A DNA stretch of 64,000 nucleotides from the human T2T-CHM13v2.0 reference genome, Homo sapiens, in assembly GCF_009914755.1 (NCBI RefSeq), contig NC_060928.1, one strand, 5' to 3'. Numbering within the stretch: the first letter of the stretch is position 1; every line of letters begins with the position of its first letter. Positions 59,211 to 64,000 of the stretch are shown here, piece after piece. A program made the translations under genes and the position numbers. The notes under the pieces are model-generated. The model did no database searches. It was not told the DNA's origin and saw nothing but the letters and a program-made list of their open reading frames with translations.

Positions 59211-59929
59211 AGCTCAGAGTAAGTCAACACCAAGTGGATGTCTTCACTATTAATATCTCCTCTCCAGTCCATGCTCCTATCCTATTCCCCAGACAATAGA
59301 GTCATCTCTAAAGATGCAGCCCTTTTCATCACATGCCATGCAAATCATGAATCTGGCCCTTGGGGTCACCCCTCTAAGGTGAGAGAGGCTTCATGTGCCA
59401 CAGGTTGAAAAATGAGACAGCATTGCTACAGCAGAAGAAACTTTGCCAACTTCTCAGGAGTAATTTATAGACTATCAGAATCTCTCAGACACTTCTAGTG
59501 TCCAGAGAAATCCTCTCTTTTTTCTGGGTGCCCCAGATAATGTAGGCACCAAATACCTGTGTGCTTCACCGCTCCTATAACCTCTTCTTTCCCACCAAAA
59601 AAGAATGCCATCTGTTCTGTCTTTCTGCCTATGCAGGTGCCAGAGAGGGCGGACAGTGGAGGCCCTGGTCGTAGGGAGTCGAATATCCCTAACCTTACTG
59701 TTTTCTTCCCTCTCCCCACCCCAGCACACACAGTTTCCTGAGATAGAGTAACATGTTTCAATCCTCACCTTTGTGGGGATTGAAAGGACACTCACAGAGC
59801 AACACAGAGCATCCTCACTGTTATGTTAAACGACCCCAAGATATTCATTCCTGATATGGTAAAACATAAATCCCACACTGGTCATAAACTCTGCTATCAT
59901 GAAAGTCTGATCTCTTTTTTTGCTTGCTT

Positions 59930-60362
<433 letters not shown>

Positions 60363-61741
60363 TAAGCAACCTAGATACTGGCTTCCAGTTCTAATTAAGC
60401 AGTTCCTCTTTCTCCCTTAGCGCTTAATTTCTCCTTCCTATCTTAATGATTCTCTGTATTCCTTAGTCTCACCACACCTTCTGACAAAATACCCACAAAG
60501 AGAAACTCTCCTGTCTTGGTCCCAAATCTTGCAACCCTAATTCTGATTTCTACTCATTTCATTTCCCTAATAAATACTTCCTCCTCATTAATTAGGACTT
60601 TCATAGAGAACAGCTGCCTGTTAAACATACTACTTGCAGATTACACCCCTCCCTCATTTTGCAGTTACCTGGGTTCATGGACATTTTTGGCCGATTTTTT
60701 TCAGTGTTGTGTAAATTAGTTCCAACACCTGATCCTCATAATACAAGCAAGTTATGACCCTGCAGGTTCCTGTAGTTGCAGCCATTTAAACAGATAAATT
60801 TTACTTTACAGAGTTTAAATTAAAACATTATAAAATAGAACATGCAAATAGATAGGAAATGACAAATTTTGAACAAAATTTATATGCGTGTGTGCCTGGA
60901 CCTAGTGAAAGAAATCAGATAAGCTGCCCTAGGAAGCTTTTTTGGAAGCTTTTATCCAGGCACATATTGCAAGTGTAAGTTAATGAAAATAACTCTTCTC
61001 AGGTGCATCACGCATTGGCTTCTGAGATACAGCACAATCCACTCTACCATTACCTTCACTCATAAAACCTCAGATTCTTTTTATCCTCTTCTCTCACCCT
61101 CTGTTGCTCACCCTAGCCTTTTGATATTTTAATGGTTTTTTCCCAGAGCAGGCTAGAAATGTTTGATTCATTTTCAATGGTCCAGAAGATTTGCCGTTTT
61201 TACTTTCTCAGTTGTGGCTGATTTGCTGGAAATTGCAGAACTGCCTCATGGTTTATAAATGTTTCTACTTTCTCACACATTTCAAACTTAGACAGAGTGA
61301 CATCATCAGTCATGCTTTCTGTTAGCTTCTTAACCTCCATTTAACCTCCCTTTTTTGTGTTAAGATCAAGAGAGGTGGCCAGTTTAGCAAAGTCAAATTT
61401 AGATTTTTATTTCTGCCCTTCTAATTGCAGTCGTTACCCCTGATCCTGTGAACTTGCAGCACAACAGTTTAAGTTCCCTGGAAAGGAAAGAGGGATTGTT
61501 TTTGTTTGTTGATATTTTCTCAACCACTGAGCATTCGTCTTCAGTGGTGATCCAAAATAATGTGGCAAGTCATTTGTCTATCAAATCCATTTTAATGGAA
61601 AAAATCTGTACAAAGCTTTTTGTAGCGCATCTGGCTCTTGGGCACCTTTTTTCAAAGTTCCTATGCTAGTAAACGTTAGCAGGTTCAATTTGAAAGCTCC
61701 ACGCCCTCTTCTGTTCTTCAATCCCCTAGAGGCTTTGAGTC

Positions 61742-62021
61742 TTTTTTGAGACAGGGTCTTGCTCTCCTGGCCCAGGCTTGAGTGCAGTGATGCAATCTTG
61801 GCTCACTGCAAACTCTGCCCCCTGGCTCAAGCAATCCTCCCAACTAAGCCTCGCGAGTTGCTGGGACTCCAAGTGCATGCCACCATGCCTACCTATTTAA
61901 AAAAAAATTTATAGAGAGGAGAACACACTACATTGCCCAGGCTGGTCCTAAACGCCTGGGCTCAAGCCATCTGCCTACCTCAGCCTCCTGAAGTACTGGG
62001 ATTGAGCCACTGCACCTGGTC
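61742..62021 (-). mobile_element. AluJ
   Basis: Diverged dimer; flanks ctttgagtctt / ctttgactctt. Confidence 0.88.
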
Positions 62022-62589
62022 TGCCTTTGACTCTTCACTGTTTCTCTCTCTTTGATCCAAGGCCCTTGGCCTCACTCTCTGCCCCTCTGTTTCCTCCAAT
62101 CACTCAGCCCCTCACTCCTGATCCTCTCCTGACACACATATTCCCCTACTGCACAGGGTCATCTTGAACACAAAATTTACTTCTATTCTAATTTTTTCAG
62201 GAGAATCCACCCTTCGGTTTTTGTCCTTTTTTTCCTCAGAAAGCACAGGGTTGTGGAGGGCTTCAGGGAATGTTGACAAAGGTAATGCCAGCATTCTCTG
62301 ACATGAAGTTTGAGGGTGGAAGGAAATGTTATAAACTACTACTACACACACACACTTTAAATCTTATGCCATCATTAACATTAAGCATACCAAATCCAGG
62401 TACGATATATAGTGTAAACATTTTCATGTTTACAGACCAGAAACCTCATATGTGTAAAAATTATATTTTATATTTCTATGACTAAAATTCAGAGCTCATG
62501 ACTCCTACATAAAATAATACAACATTTAAATTTGCTAATTCAAAGTAGCTTGGTTTTAAAATGAGGCACTTTTTCTTTAAAATGCAATC

Positions 62590-63110
62590 TGGGTTTTCTG
62601 TTGGTTTGGGTTTTTTGTTTGTTTGTTTGTTTGTTTGTTTTACATTTAGGGGGTATATGTGCAGGTTTGTTACATGGGTATATCGTGCGATGCTGAGGCT
62701 TAGGCTTCTAATGATCCCGTCACCCAAGTAATGAACATACTGCCTGATAGGCAGTTTTTCAGAATTTTCCCCCCCTCCTCCCCTTTTGGAATCCCCAGTG
62801 TCTCTTGTCCCCATCCTTTTGTGCGTGTTTACCCATGCACCCAGTGTTCAGCTCCCACTTATAAGTGAGAACATGTAGCGTTTGTTTTTCTGTCTCTGAG
62901 TGAATTTACTTAGGATAATCGCCTCCAGCTGCATCCCTGTTGCTGCAAAGGACAGGATTTCATTTTTTTATGGCTGGGTAGTATTCCATGGTACCATATT
63001 TTCTTTATCTTATCTACCATTGGTGGGCATCTAGATGGATTCCATGTCTTTGCTATTGTGAATAGTGCTGTGATAAACATATATATGAGTGGAGGTGTCT
63101 TTTTGGTAGA
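62590..63110 (-). mobile_element. Older L1PA/PB 3' end
   Basis: (TTTG)n tail; atgtgcaggtttgttacatggg...agctcccacttataagtgagaacatg...ttgctattgtgaatagtgctg. Confidence 0.88.
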
Positions 63111-64000
63111 ACTGTGTATAAAATACAATCTCAATCACTTAAGAAATCTTACCTGCGCTACCCTTTTCCCCTTCTCCCCTTCTGACCAACAGCATGTGAT
63201 TTCGGTGACAGTTTTGCAAACATCAAAATTGAGGAGGCAGGTAGAGAGGTGAACATCTCCAGTCACTTTGCCAGCTACTCATGAGGGTTAACTCACTCTG
63301 GCACGGATGAGTGACACCAGCACCCACCAAAGCATTCAACCACTTTTCCACATTGTCCTCCAGCTAATCCACACACTTCTCACCAAAGACCACCACCACC
63401 GTCTGCTCATAGCCTTCTCAGGAGAGCACAGGAAGCCCTCAAGTGTCCTTCCTCACCTATTGGGAACTCAGGCAGATTCGGGGCTGACAAAGGCCCTGTG
63501 TCTAGCTCACCCATTCACCATCGCCTCCCTCACTTCAAGACCCTGCTTCTCCTAGAGATGTGCCCTTTCTTTGAGCTGGACATTAGGATTTGAGACAAGA
63601 ATCACTTCTGCTTAGGCAGTCCCCCAAATTCTCTTAGCAGTTTCCACCTTCTCCCTTCCCCTACAGAGTTTTAATACCAAAGGGACAGGGTGCTTCCTTC
63701 TCACATTTCACTCTCAGCAGGTTCAGGAAAACTGCTTCGAGGGCATCACACATGCTTAACCCTTAACTCTCTAGAGGTTGTGGAAAGACTGGATGTTCTG
63801 TGTCCTTCGTTACTGGGTCTTAATGTTCAAGACCAATATGGTAGAATCTAACAAGTAAATAAAAAGAAAGAAAAAATATTATCTCTCTCAAGCACCTGTC
63901 TTTTGCCATTGAAAGCCATGACTCTAAAGCTTTGGAATTTAAAGCCAAGAAGGTGAGGACTCAGGAAAGTTTTTTTGTGCTCTACCTTCCCTGAGCAATA

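Overview
Primate, very probably human, genomic DNA: AT-rich, dense in LINE-1/Alu, with no prokaryotic features. The only host protein-coding sequence I recognise is the first coding exon of RXFP1 (relaxin receptor LGR7) on the + strand: ATG at 52647, MTSGSVFFYILIFGKY, phase-1 GT donor at 52696. Its putative promoter/5'UTR lies at about 52.3-52.65 kb and intron 1 runs to the end of the window. The ~52 kb upstream contain a decayed GPBP1 (vasculin) processed pseudogene (~0.6-3.1 kb) and many transposon relics (L1PA and L1M copies, Alus, MaLR/ERV1 solo LTRs, MER DNA elements, L2, MIR). Almost all ORFs in the supplied track are L1 ORF2 pieces, Alu frames or chance ORFs. I found no evidence of a new multi-gene system. 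The best second-look signals are: uORFs plus a Z-DNA/purine-tract structure at the RXFP1 5' end; a MER20 about 2 kb upstream of RXFP1; apparent gene conversion between two neighbouring L1s; twin-primed L1s, one with a probable 3' transduction; a 16-nt micro-Alu; a young AluYc1-like insertion with a 25-bp TSD; and a 23-bp templated duplication. Repeat subfamily names come from remembered consensus sequences and are approximate.
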